Assembly: GCA_964016885.1 (NCBI GenBank)
Contig: OZ024740.1
Span: forward strand, 36,208,001 to 36,272,000
Length of the DNA stretch: 64,000 bases
Reading direction: 5' to 3'
DNA from: Eledone cirrhosa
Lineage: Eukaryota
The notes beneath the pieces are model-generated. The model had not been told where the DNA came from and did not search any database. It worked only from the letters and a program-made list of their open reading frames with translations. This document shows, in pieces, positions 25,412-37,800 of the stretch; positions within the stretch are counted from its first letter, which is position 1; the number at the start of each line of letters is the position of its first letter. Made by a program: the position numbers and the translations under genes.

Positions 25412-25682
25412 AGGATAAGGCAACTCAGGAAACTGGGATAACTCCGATATAAAACCTGCAGCTGAGTAGTTACCGATGATGTTGATCTCTTCTTCTTTTC
25501 GGATTACAGCTACTGTCGCTCAGAGAGTGGGATTGGCTCAGAGCACAATCTTTTCTCACTTTAAAAAATATCTTCACGCACAGGCATTGCACGATAGAAT
25601 TAATAAATAATTATTAATAATGGTATATCGTGCAATGGCCATACTCGATAACGAGGGGGCAGCCATCGCATGTATGTATGTA
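25412..25682 (+). mobile_element. second shorter bipartite RTE-derived copy
   Basis: AACTCCGATATAAAACCTGCA..GATGTTGA..GAGAGTGGGATTGGC resembles 25035-25180; same 3' stem-loop and (ATGT)n tail. Confidence 0.55.
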
Positions 25683-25789
25683 CCTCTAACTTAAGGTGGA
25701 GTGGTAGGGGCAGCGCAGTGGCCTACGGCGTTTCTTAAGAATTTTTATAACCTGGCAGAGACCATCTCTTCTCTAGGTCTAACAACAAA

Positions 25790-26650
25790 CGGTGAAAGGC
25801 AAAGTTGATCTCGGCGGGATTTGAACTCAGAGAGTAGGAACGAATACCAGAAATCATTTTATGTGACGTTCTAACGACTCCGCCATTTGCCGCCTTATAT
25901 GTTATTATTCTCATTCATCAACAAATTAGGAAGATACAATCGACAATCACAATCACAGTATCAGTAGAGAGTCGGACGCCATGTTTTGCAGCATAGAGTT
26001 TCGGCCCATTACATTCTGAGCTGAAATCCCGCCGAGGTTAATTTTGCCTTTCATCCTCACGGAGTCGATAAAATAAAGTACCAGTAATGCACTGGATAAT
26101 TGCTGGCCTTGAGCCAAAAATAGAAACAAATTATTGGAGTGTCGAAAATCCCACCGAGATTAGCTTTGCATTTCATATTTATGGGATCGATAAAATAAAG
26201 TACCAGTAATACATAGGGGTCGATTTAATTGACTTTCCCCTCCAGCAAAAATGTTAGCCTTGTGTCTAAATCGGAAAACATTATTAGAGCGTCTAAGGGC
26301 GGTGGATTGGCAGTATCGGTAGAGGGTCGGACGCCATGTTTTGCAGCATGGAGTTATGGCCCTTTATGATCTGAGTTCAAATCTAGCCGAGGTTAACTTT
26401 GCCTTTCATCCTTACGGGGTCGATAAAATAAAGTACCAGTCACGCACTGGGGTCGATTTAATCGACTTTCCCCTCCCCCAAAATTGCTGGCCTTGTGCCT
26501 ATATAAGAAATCATTATTATAGCGTCTAACAAGTAGATTTGCAGAATTTGTTCTACCTGTCTGTTTTCTGTGTTCAAATTCTACCGAGGTAAATTTGGTA
26601 TTTAATCCCTTTGATATTAATAAATAAAGTAACATTTGAATACTGGGGCC
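25790..26650. mobile_element. cluster of ~5 Meta-like SINE copies (one minus, four plus)
   Basis: Repeated GCCTTTCATCC..GTCGATAAAATAAAGTACCAGT cores and tRNA heads. Confidence 0.8.
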
Positions 26651-28169
26651 AGTTTCTCTCCTCCTTCTTCATTCTTTCTCTATCTCTCGGAATCGGCTAC
26701 GTGAAGGCGTGTTAACTTCCCTACACTCCGCCTCTTCACGAACACTCCCTGAAAACTACAATAAACAAGAGAGTTAACAAACTAGCAGAACGCTGTATAT
26801 ATATTCATCTCAATGATATTCAATTCTTTGAGTTTATTTGCGACTTTCACTAGTTTGAGTATATTTGTCACATTTATCTTTTCTGTGTATTATTTTCTTG
26901 ATTTCAAGATCTAAGTTTCATATCATATTTACTATTTATGATGATCGACAGCTACTTAGATTTATCGACCAGTAGAGAAGTTAAATAAAATTATTGTTAG
27001 ATGTTATTCTACGATTTTATCTTGGCCTGAATTTGTAAATTTTGACACATTCATTCCACTCCCAACATTGAAGAACGATGAATAATAGTGCTATTATCAG
27101 TGATTAAGATTCGTATTTATCACCAAATATAGGGAATTCTCAACTCTCTAAAGTAGAAGAAAATACTCGTTTGGGATATGTTGTATGCACTATAATAATT
27201 GGTGCCTCAGTTTACATAGTAATTGTGTTATTAGGTTATTGGCAAGGGCGGTGGGTTGGCAGTATCGGTAGAGGGTCAGACGCCATGCTTTTTAGCAGCA
27301 TAGAGTTACGCAATACAAGTAACAATGTGACAAAAAATATGTATATTTACGTATGTTTCCTTTGAGATGTGGAACGATAAACGTTAGTTGGTAGGGTAAG
27401 AAAACGTTGCTTTTCTTGAGAATAGGACAGGAACTAATTGAGGATAAGAGAAGGAACACCATTACTACAATAGCCTTGGTGGGTTGCTAGGGACAACATG
27501 TAGGTCTTCATGGATATAAATCATTAAAATACATGTCTGTTTTCATGATCTTGGATCCTTACATCAAGACTTTGAAAACACAAAAAGGAAAAAAATAGGA
27601 AACTAAGAGAATGGATAGATTTAGAGAAAAGAAAATCCTTCGTTGAAAAACGAAGGATTACTTTGTTCTAAATGTACTTTAAAACATTCAAGGTAAAGAT
27701 GAGTTGCTTCTCTTTACAAATTTAGATATGAGAGAATACACGGCGTAAGATGACATGATATACTCTGAGGTGATTCTCCGTAAACTGTTCCGAGGAACCG
27801 AAACATTTTCTCACTAGTTTGTAGGTCATTCTTGTAAGATATAGAGTGTTAAGAAAAAGAAATGAAATAAAATTTCTTTGTTGATGTTTATGACTTGTTA
27901 TATTTCAGCTACTTCAATTCTTCTCCACTATTATCATAGAAGGATTTTATTTCTAAATATAAAAGTCACTTAATGTTTGAGATATAACTGCAAATAGAAG
28001 GTTTTCATATGTTTCTTTGGCATTGGCATTCTTTCTATGCAAAGAGGAATTTTTCTGTTTATGGCGCACAGTGGAGTATCAGAAGCAACATAGTGACGTA
28101 GAAAATATTTCACACTATTTACATCCGTTAACATTTTGAGTAAACGGACCGACATTAACTTACTTTCAT

Positions 28170-28352
28170 GGTGGATTGGCAGTATCGGTAGAGGGTCAGA
28201 CGCCATGCTTTGCAGCATAGAGTTACGGCCCTTTATGATCTGAGTTCAAATCCCGCCAAGGTTAACTTTGCCTTTCATCCTTACAGGGTTGATAAAATAA
28301 AGTACCAGTAATCACTGGGATAATTGCTGGCCTTGTGCCAAAAGTAGAAACA
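28170..28352 (+). mobile_element. Meta-like SINE with 16 bp TSD
   Basis: ATTAACTTACTTTCAT at 28154-28169 and 28353-28368. Confidence 0.9.
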
Positions 28353-28859
28353 ATTAACTTACTTTCATCTTTTTGATAAAGGTTAAATACATCGATATTG
28401 ACTTAGTCTTTCATCATTCAAGAACCGATAAAATAAACATCTTTCTCTTCAATAAATCCATGTATAACATTTTTTAAACGTTCTTTTGTAAACGGTAGCA
28501 GATGTTCAGAAATATATTTGTCGGGTTTTTCTTTTATTCTTTTCTCACTTCTTATTTTTTATTTCTATTTACTATCTTTATTTTCTCCGATGTCCTTCGT
28601 TTCTTCATTGAACTCTTTATAGTTGACATTTCTATCTATAAGATACTTCATGAATTTTATTTTGTACATCTGGACTAGTTCTAAAGATGTCAGAAATTTG
28701 CGAAATATTTCTTATATATCTGCTTTAGTAAAGATATCAGATATTTGTGGGATATTTCTTGTACATCTGGACCCATAAATCTGGAACTTTGTACATATGT
28801 TTGTGTGTACATATGTACAAATATTTGTATTTTATATTATTGTACTTGAATATACTCAT

Positions 28860-29705
28860 CTGCAGAGAGGAAAAAGCATGCTATGGCTGGCAACGTTCTA
28901 GGGGACTCTGGGAATCGACGAACATGAATTGGTCAGTCTGTTTTAGAGGGCTTTCGGACTTCTATGGATAATTTCCAGAAGACTCTGGCCTAGCAGTTCT
29001 ACTAGAGAGCGCTACCAGTTCGAGATAAACTCTATAAATACGGTGGAACCGTCAAACAGGTCTGTACAAGGTGGGAACAGAGTGATGATACCGTTCTGCA
29101 CTCACACGTTCTATATCTGAGCAACACTGACCTGTGTGGTTATGTCGAACAGCTGTTGTAGTGTGTAGGATGGATTCGGTTATCAGCCGAGTCCATTGTG
29201 AAGATCACTCCGTCACTCTTTTTTAACAATTCTAACCATGAAAGACAGGAAGTTTTTTTAGTTTTTTAGTTCTGGTGGTTATAGCAAAAGACATCGTGTG
29301 GTGGGCAATATTGAGTGGACCGAGGACTATCATCTATTTTTAAAGTTTCACTTGAAAATAACGAAGAAAACAGAGAGGGAGGTGTTTTTGTCCAGTGAAT
29401 TTGATAAAGATGGGTGATTGTGGCGAAAATGGTAAGAGTGAATGTCTTTACTTGTATTCCCAGTTTGATCCTGTAGGTTGGAGAAAGAAAATTCGAAAGA
29501 GGACACTTATACGTGGTAATGAGGGTGATGTTGATTTGTGGGATTCCTCGATCGTCCTTAATTGAAGGTTCTCTTGTATCAAAAGGACTGTTTATCATCA
29601 TTTTTTCTCAACTAATGTTTAGGTAATTCACCCCACTTTATGTAACTTGTCTTTGTAAAATCTCTTCTTTCGGCGCCATTGAGGCACAGACAAATTACCA
29701 TTATT
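28860..29705 (+). mobile_element. old Tx1 3' fragment
   Basis: Degenerate similarity to 23700-24520 (ATGGATAATTTCCAGAAG, GGTTATGTCGAACAGCT, AAGTTTCACTTG, CTGTAG stop). Confidence 0.8.
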
Positions 29706-29799
29706 GAATTCTTCAGCATTAATGTTTTATTAAACCAGTCAATATGACTTCTTGTTAGTGTATTGAAAGCTTAAAAGGGGAGCTTCTGGCCATTGTTCA

Positions 29800-31480
29800 T
29801 CAGTTAGTTGACAGTTTTAGGAGGATATAAACAGCAGTACCTAGAAGCACTGAATACTGAAGTGTATTAATTTCGTACTTAATATTAAACATTTTCAAAT
29901 AGCTTCACTTGGTATTGATCGAAGTGCTCCTATAATTATAACTATAACGTATGTGTTCTTTCTCCACATTCTACTCAATTCAACCTATAGGTCAGCATAA
30001 TTGTCCAGCTTTTCAACTCGTTTTAGCGTCAAATTGTTATCAATTGGACATGCAACATCAGTAACATCAGTTTATTTGCTATGGAGAGTATATTGCCTAT
30101 GCAATGGTTTTTGCCCTCATTTAGCGCACCGTTTCCTTTGATTTCTATTTTCTGCCATTGTTCTTTGCAGACTTAATTGTAGAAACCCCATAATTTCAAA
30201 TTGTATTCTGAATTCTTTCATAAATTTCCTACTTTCTTTATTTCATTAACGTTCCAATTTATGATACTGCAACTATAGGTGACAACTGGAATTGCAAGAG
30301 CATTTATAGCAGATATTTTATATAAGGCAAAGATGATTTTCGTCCATAAATTTTTAGGCTCTCTCAGTCAAGATTGAGGTGAGGATTTTGTATCATGTGG
30401 GAAGGCAAGTGATGGGACGATAGTTTTTTGGAATATTTGTTTCTGTGGATTTTGGCATGAGATATGTTATACCTTCTGCAAACCAGTCAGAAGTTTTCTC
30501 AGGGTTGTGTATAATTTCATTATAATATTTTACCAACATATCATGGGTAGCAGTTAGTAAAGATAATCAGAAGTTTGGCACTTTATCAATGCCAAGACAT
30601 TTCCATTTGTCGGCTTTCTTTAGTGCTAACTCAAGTTCTTCCATTGTTATGCCTTGCCAAGTCTGCCTTTCTAAATTATTCTATGTTATTTCCATATTCT
30701 TTATCCATTCTGCATTCGCATTATGAGATTTATCTGCACTCCATCCTATTTTCTAAAATTCTTCGATTTCATGAATTGTCTGTGTTCCAGTTTTCCTGTA
30801 AAACAATTTTGCATCTGACATAAACAACTTATTTTGCCTGTAAAACATGTTTCGCTTTTCAAATCTTCTGATCCTTGAGCTTTCAGCTGTAATTTGTTTC
30901 AGAGTTTCTTTGATTGATGGAATATCAGAGTTTGAAGTTACTTTGTATTTCTTAATCATTTTACTTCCTTTTCTTGACTTGTCAGATTTCCCAGTATATA
31001 TTTCATCCAAGGTCCCCCTGTCTCATCATTTCAATTTCTTTCTCAATCTTTATCTTCCAGAGTGATTTTTTTGTGAGTGAGTTTTGTGTCTTTTTCCCCT
31101 TTTCCTTAATACATATTTTCTTTCTATTACCGTTGCTGCCGTATGAATAACCTCATTCAATTTTGATACACCATCTCTTCAATTATTGCTTTAATAGAAT
31201 GCTTATTGCTTTTAATAAAGAAATTATTGCTTTTCATTTTTAGTGCCTTTTGTTCTGGTTGTTGAATGTCAGGTTTTGCAAGGGCTCTCGCCCATACTAT
31301 TGTTTTTGTTTATTTTTAAAAGTTCATTGAGGATTTCTTGTTTTCTTTGTTTCATCCTATCTTTATGCTCATAAGTAAAAATATCTTCATCTAAATATTT
31401 TCTTGCCTCTTTTGTTACATAATATAAGTTTTTCTGCTTTCGGGCTTTATTAGTGAAATAATAACATCTCTCTGACATCG
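29800..31480 (-). mobile_element. decayed, internally deleted R4/Dong-like element
   Basis: RIRRFEKR..FYRQNKLF.SDAKLFYR (pre-RT region) and DVACPIDNNL..KRVEKLDNYADL (RLE) on the minus strand. Confidence 0.65.
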
Positions 31481-31534
31481 ATATTATCAGTAGTTCATAG
31501 CAGTCGACACTTCCGGTGTTCCCCCGGACTACAT

Positions 31535-31675
31535 CCTTAGTCACTGCTATTGGAGTGGAGTTGGCTGCCCCAGATGTGAACCTCGCGAGGGGAAGTGACT
31601 GTTCCAGCACGACTCCTCACCGTTCTCCGGAGCAATGTCTTCTCCATCCTGTCGGCCGGGATCACGAGGTAGATG
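31535..31675 (+). mobile_element. CRE-clade 3' fragment
   Basis: Degenerate match to 13241-13350 (GTGAACCTCGCGAG..TTCCAGC..CTCCGG..TTCTCCATCCTGTC). Confidence 0.6.
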
Positions 31676-31733
31676 ACATATTAAGGTAGGAGTAGGGTGG
31701 CAGTCTTCAAACCGAAAGAGTTTAATAATGCTG

Positions 31734-31734
<1 letters not shown>

Positions 31735-31810
<76 letters not shown>

Positions 31811-31842
31811 TACACACACACGCACACAGACACACACACACA

Positions 31843-31875
<33 letters not shown>

Positions 31876-32410
31876 GCGCCCCCACACACACACTCACACA
31901 CTCACACACTTACACACACACTCACTCAAACAAACACACTCACTCACACACACACGCACACTCACTCACTCAAACACACACTCACTCAAACACACACACT
32001 CACTCACACACACACTCACACTCACTCACTCAAACACAAACACACACACACCCACTCAAACACACACACACTCACTCAAACACACGCACACACACACACT
32101 CACACAAACACACACTCACTCAAACACGCACGCTCACATACACACACACACTCACTCAAACACACACGCACACACACACACACTCCTCAAACGCACACTC
32201 ACTCAAAAACACACACACGCACACTCAAAAACACACTCACTCAAACACACACTCACTCAAAAACACACTCACTCAAACACACACACTCACTCAAAAACAC
32301 ACTCACTCAAACACACACACACACAAACACACACACGCACTCAAACACATATACACACACACTCTCTCTCAAACACACACTCACTGAAACACACACACAC
32401 ACACACACCA
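31735..32410. repeat. (CA)n / CACTCAAA compound microsatellite
   Basis: Seen directly in sequence. Confidence 0.95.
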
Positions 32411-32605
32411 TTATGTAATCTATACTTGAGAGTGAAACAAAAACGTCTTCGCTGAGCTGAAAACTAAAACTTCGTTTTTAGCATTTTCACAAATTTTATT
32501 TTTTCTTCCTTTCCACCCAAACGTCTTTCACTACAGACACTTGGGAATTTCTTTGAAGAGAGAAAACAACGTTTTGACTTTTTTATATTGTGTAATCTTA
32601 CAGTG

Positions 32606-32765
32606 AAGATGCATGGCTTATTGGTTAGAACATTGGCTTGCAATCGAAAGGTTGTGAGTTCAATTCTCGGACTGGGTGATGTGTTGTTTCCTTGAGCAAG
32701 ACACTTTATTTCACGTTGCTCCAGTTTACCTAGCTGTAGAAATGAGATGATAGGACTGGGGTCCT
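32606..32765 (+). mobile_element. CORE-like tRNA SINE, 5' part
   Basis: Near-identical to 52108-52270. Confidence 0.8.
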
Positions 32766-33062
32766 TATCATTAAATTACCCAAGACACCTCCAACGAGAT
32801 ATACCTTGGAGGAGGCCAGCTAAACCTGCATAGGTGTGAACTGTCACACACACAATCTTACAGTAAATAATTTATAATAATTTTCTAGTTGCAAAACCCC
32901 TATTCTCTATTTATGGTAAATATAAAGTTTCTATTTCAGATTTCTGGTGGCATATTCTAAATGCTGTCATTATTTTTCTTGTTTTTCTGTCTAGACTAGC
33001 TAATCCATTTAGCGTCCTGTTGAGATAATAACAACAATAAATTATCCATTATTATTATTATT

Positions 33063-36000
33063 AAAAATCCCCAACAAAACACAAAAGATACAGACACCAC
33101 TAACGCAAACACTTTCCCAATAACATTAGCACCAACATCAACATCAACACCACCCCAACAATCCCCGAAACGCAAACAACCTAAACAAACACAAGAACAA
33201 ATAAACATACAGACACCACACCTACAACAAACACAGACATATCCGAAACAACACCAACAAAACCATCATCACCACAGTTACCAAAACGAAAACAAATAAA
33301 ACCACACGAACAAAATATTAAAAACTTCGTGCTTGTCAGAAGGGCCAACGATAAACTGATGGCCCTCTTAGCACGAAGCGAGGACATTCAAATAGAAGGG
33401 GAGATCTTTGAAATGAGCACATTTTGCGTGCCAGAAGTCGCTCGATTCCTTCAAAGAAATTCGGGAGAGCTTTCCTCAAGACGTGGGAACCACGAATGTG
33501 AAACCCACATCGAGACTTTTAAAGGGGTTCCCAAAAGAAACCCCACCAACCATGGAGGTCGAACCACCCGACCTTCGCAAGACGCCGAGAGGTAAGTAAA
33601 CCTTCCCTCTCTCTTTTAGCTTGCCAACATGGCCATATTAAGAGTAGGAAGTTTAAATGTTCGCGGCCTGGGGTCACCCTGGAAGCAGGGTCGCCTGCTC
33701 AACGTCAGCGAGACCAGGATTTCCGACACGCGCGCACTAGCCCCCATTTTCGACGACTATCAGATCTTTGCATCTGTTAGCCAGCCCGGAATGGGAGGTG
33801 GGGTGGCAGTGCTGTTTAGGAAAAGCCTGGATCTCGAGGTAAGGTCGATCTTCCGGGACCCGAACGGTAAGTTGGTGGTCCCTGATGTGAGCAGTAGCGA
33901 AAGTGGTGCCTTTAGATGGTGGCCGTCTAAGCCCCTACTGGGGCCGGACGACCGGACTTCTTTAGGCGCCTGGAGACCTTTCTGGGTACGTCTCACCCTT
34001 TACTGTTAGCGGGGAACTGGAACGGCATCTTAGACGCACGCTGGGATTGTGTGGGAGTAGCTGATAGGAGCGGATGGGTGGTGGTGCAAAAGCCTCAAGC
34101 ACCTAATCAGCCAGTTCCAACTGTCTGACAGGTATCGACAAGATTTCCCAAATGCGCTAGTATGGACGTGGCCAACCGCATAGGGTCATCTAGATCGTAT
34201 ATAGACAGGATATTCATTAGGAAAATAGATAGAAATAGTGTAGGCTGCCCACTTTTTAAAACGGTCGCCTATTCAGATCACAAATTTGTGATCTGTACGG
34301 TTGACCTAGATAAGACGCGTAGGTTGGGACCGGGTTACTGGAAGTTGAACATGTCATTTCCGGCACGTAAGGCTTACAGGGACCAGGTCAACAATTTAGT
34401 TAAGCAAAAGTTGACAGGGGGGATCATCAACAACAGATGGTGGGGGTTCTCAAAAGAGAGATTAGAGTAACTTCGATAGAGTTCAGCAAAGAACTAGCGT
34501 TAGAGAAAAATAGAAAGGAGGGGGAGCTGGTAGATAAGTTAGACGAGGCTATTTGTAGTGTCATTGCAACTGACGTGCTAGCGGCGAGAATGGCATTAGA
34601 CCATTTCTTCAATGCGAAGCACAAAGGTTGCATTGTCAGAGCTAAGGCGCATGGGCTGAGGAACGAGGGAACCAAAGCTGTTCGATGAGCCGGCGTGTCG
34701 GAGGCGCACCGTGGTAATAAAACCACAATTCGGTCTTTGGCGGACCGAGACGGGCACGAGATAAACGATTCCAAGCGGATGTGTGAGGCCTTTCGCCAGT
34801 ACTTTGCTCGGTTGTTCGGAAGGAGTGGCGGGTCAGAGAGAGTAGCGGATTTCAGTCCCTACCTTGACGGCTTGCCGCGCATCTCGACGGTCGACGCTGA
34901 GCGCTGCGAAAGGCCGATTACTTCAGCTGAAATCCAGGACGCCCTTGTCGGCTGCATGAGACGCAAGTCACCCGGTTTGGTTGGCCTGCCCTACGAGCTT
35001 TACGTAAATATGCCAGACTTGTTCCCCGATCTCCTCGAAGCGCTCTACTGCAACTGGAAGCAGAATGGGAGTATTCCCAGTTCAGTGAGTAGGGGAGTGG
35101 TGACACTGATAAGGAAAGACGAGAACAAGAGGGATACATTAGACAACTTCAGGCCCATAACTCTGCTCAACACAGCGTTTAAGATTTTGGCCAAGGTGTT
35201 AGCAAAGAGATTGGCGCTTGTCGTCGAGGATTTGGTTGGGGGAGGCGTAAACTTTCGCAATCCCAGCCAGGTCCATACACGACAATCTCCACCTCATGCG
35301 ATACATCATATCGAGGGTACGATGTAAACCTGGCTTCGGTGGGGTACTGATCAATTTAGATCCATCGAAAGCATTCGATAGGGTCGACCATCGATATCTG
35401 GAGGCTATCCTCAAAGCGGCTGGCTTCGGCCCTGTCTTCAGAAGCTGGATCGCTGCAATGCACAGCGGCATATGCTCGGTGGTCAAGGTTAATGGCCACC
35501 TCTCGGAACCATTTCGGTTCTCCCGATCGGTCGGTCAAAGGTCCCCTCTCTCTTCCCTTCTGTACGTATTGACGCTCGAGCCTTTACTGCGGAAGCTGGA
35601 GCTGTAGCAGGGCATCCCGCTCGAACCGGGGCTTATGCGGACGACATCACCGTGATGGTGTCGAACACCTCAGAGATAGAGGTGGTCGGCACCTTATTGA
35701 AGGAATATGAAAGTGTTGTATGGACTGGGAATCGAACTCACAACCTCATTGTTGTATGGACTGTTAAATTTCTATTCAATTTACACGTGCTCACACATTT
35801 GCATATGAATCACGTGACCTGGGCAGTCAGTCAGCGTTGGTATTAAAAACTCGGTCACAGTCTGCTACTGACTTACTTTATGTTATTCTGCCACTGCGAG
35901 GAGGGGCGGTTTGGTTGTTTCGCAAATTACACAAATTATTTGATATAACTCGTTGTGTTTTCTCTGCGACTACCGAGAGGAATACAACAGAGTTTATTGG

Positions 36001-37766
36001 CGTCGACGATAGGATTTACCTACATTGCCGATAGGATTTACCTACATTGCCGGGAAATTGTTTATCATAAAAACATGGCGGAACAACAAACAGCGGAGCT
36101 AATAAAGTTGTTTAGAGAACAGATGGAACAACAGAGTTTATTGGCGTCGCAACAAATGCAACAACACAAGAAAGATATGGACACTCTGATAAAACTGTTT
36201 GGTACTCGAGATTCTGAACAACAGAGTTTATTGGCGTCGCCAGTTGCTTCGACACCAACAGCATTCATCCCACCATTTGCTGCTTTTGATTCAACAACAG
36301 AACTATGGCCTGATTACTGGTCAATATTCTGCACGTTTGTGGCTGCTAACGCTGTACCCGAGCAACGCATGGCACAAGTGTTCCTGACTAATCAGACGGC
36401 TGCTATCTACAAACAACTTGCAAATCTGGCTGCTCAACTAAATCCGCCTAAGGATATCAACAAGTTGACAATGGACGAAATTGTTGACAGGAGTCAAACT
36501 TAACCCGGAAAAGTCGGTGGGCTTGCAGCTCGGAACCTGGAGAGGCAGGCCCATGCCGTCCAGCGCCCCTCGACTATGCTGGACGGACGGACCGGTAAAG
36601 TTGTTCGGGGTTTGGTTCGGACCAGACCTCCAGGTGGAAAAGAATTAGGACGAGGTAACGAGCAGAGTAGCCAGTCTCACCCAAAAATGGGCTGGGAGGA
36701 AGCTATCACTGAAATGTCGCGCGGAGGTGGCGAATGCGTACATCGCGTCCGTCATCTACTACCGCCTGACCGTCGTGCCTTGCCCCCGTCTGCGCCTCGT
36801 CAAGTTGGAATGGCTCCTCTTCAAATTCTTGTTGAGGGACAAGTTCCGTTGGTTAGGCGGTCCATCTGCTGCCAGCACCCTCTACGTGGAGGGCTGGGCA
36901 TGCCGTGGCTAATGATGCGCAGACATGCGTTGAGGCTGCGACATCTCCACTTATTCTGCAACAAGACCCGAACAAAGGAGAAGTTATAGACAACTTCAGG
37001 CCCATAACTCTGCTAAACGCAGAGTTTAAGATTTTGGCCAAGGTGTTAGCAAAGAGATTGGCGCTTGTCGTTGGTGATATGGTAGGAGAGGCGCAGATAT
37101 GCGCCGTTCCGGACAGATCTATCCACGACAACCTCCATCTCATGCTATACACATAGAGAGGGTGGTTAAGGAACCTGGCCCGGGTGGGGCCCTGATCAAC
37201 TTGGATCAATCTAAAGCATTTGATAGGGTCGACCATCAGTACCATCCTCCTTTAAAGAGGAGGAAGGGCAGACAGTTTTCATCTGCCTGGTGGCCATGGC
37301 GAAAGAGATTGTGTGGTGGACAAGGTTGAAAGGGTTGAAGACGGACACTTTCCTCTACGGCCAATCCCTGATTAACTTTTTCAAGTTTCACTTGAAGAGG
37401 AAAATCAGGGTGGAGAGGCAAGTGTTGTCTTCTAGTAAGTTTGTTGATAGGTGGGTGAAGGTGGCGAGTCTGGTCCGAGTGAACGGGCCCGCTATGAGTA
37501 TACGCCTGTAGACTGAGGGTTGGAATAACTGAGAGAGGGCGCTTGCTCTGGTGGTCAGGCTGGCCGTGGTCTTTTTTGTGTGGTTTTCGCCACGAGTGAC
37601 CCTCGGAGGTTTCCCCCATTTGAGGGATTTTTTGTTGTTTGAATTTTTTTGATTTCTCGCCCGATTTTTGTTATAACCTGTTTACACGATCAAAACCCAC
37701 TTTGTATCGTCCTGTGCCGTCTCTAATGTTTTTCCTCGTGTTAGCCCTTGTGGCCAATAAAGAAAC

Positions 37767-37800
<34 letters not shown>
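33063..37800 (+). mobile_element. 5'-truncated, frameshifted chimeric Tx1 copy
   Basis: Starts after (ATT)n at 33048-33062; high similarity to 20300-23500; switches to a diverged RT and C-terminus at ~36955; ends AATAAAGAAACC(ATT)n. Confidence 0.9.
35750..36482 (+). mobile_element. Ty3/gypsy-like 5' LTR + PBS + truncated gag inserted in Tx1 RT
   Basis: LTR 35750-35989 TGTTGTAT...ATACAACA; TGGCGTCG PBS-like sequence; gag-like PPFAAFDSTTELWPDYW..F.TFVAANAV. Confidence 0.75.
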
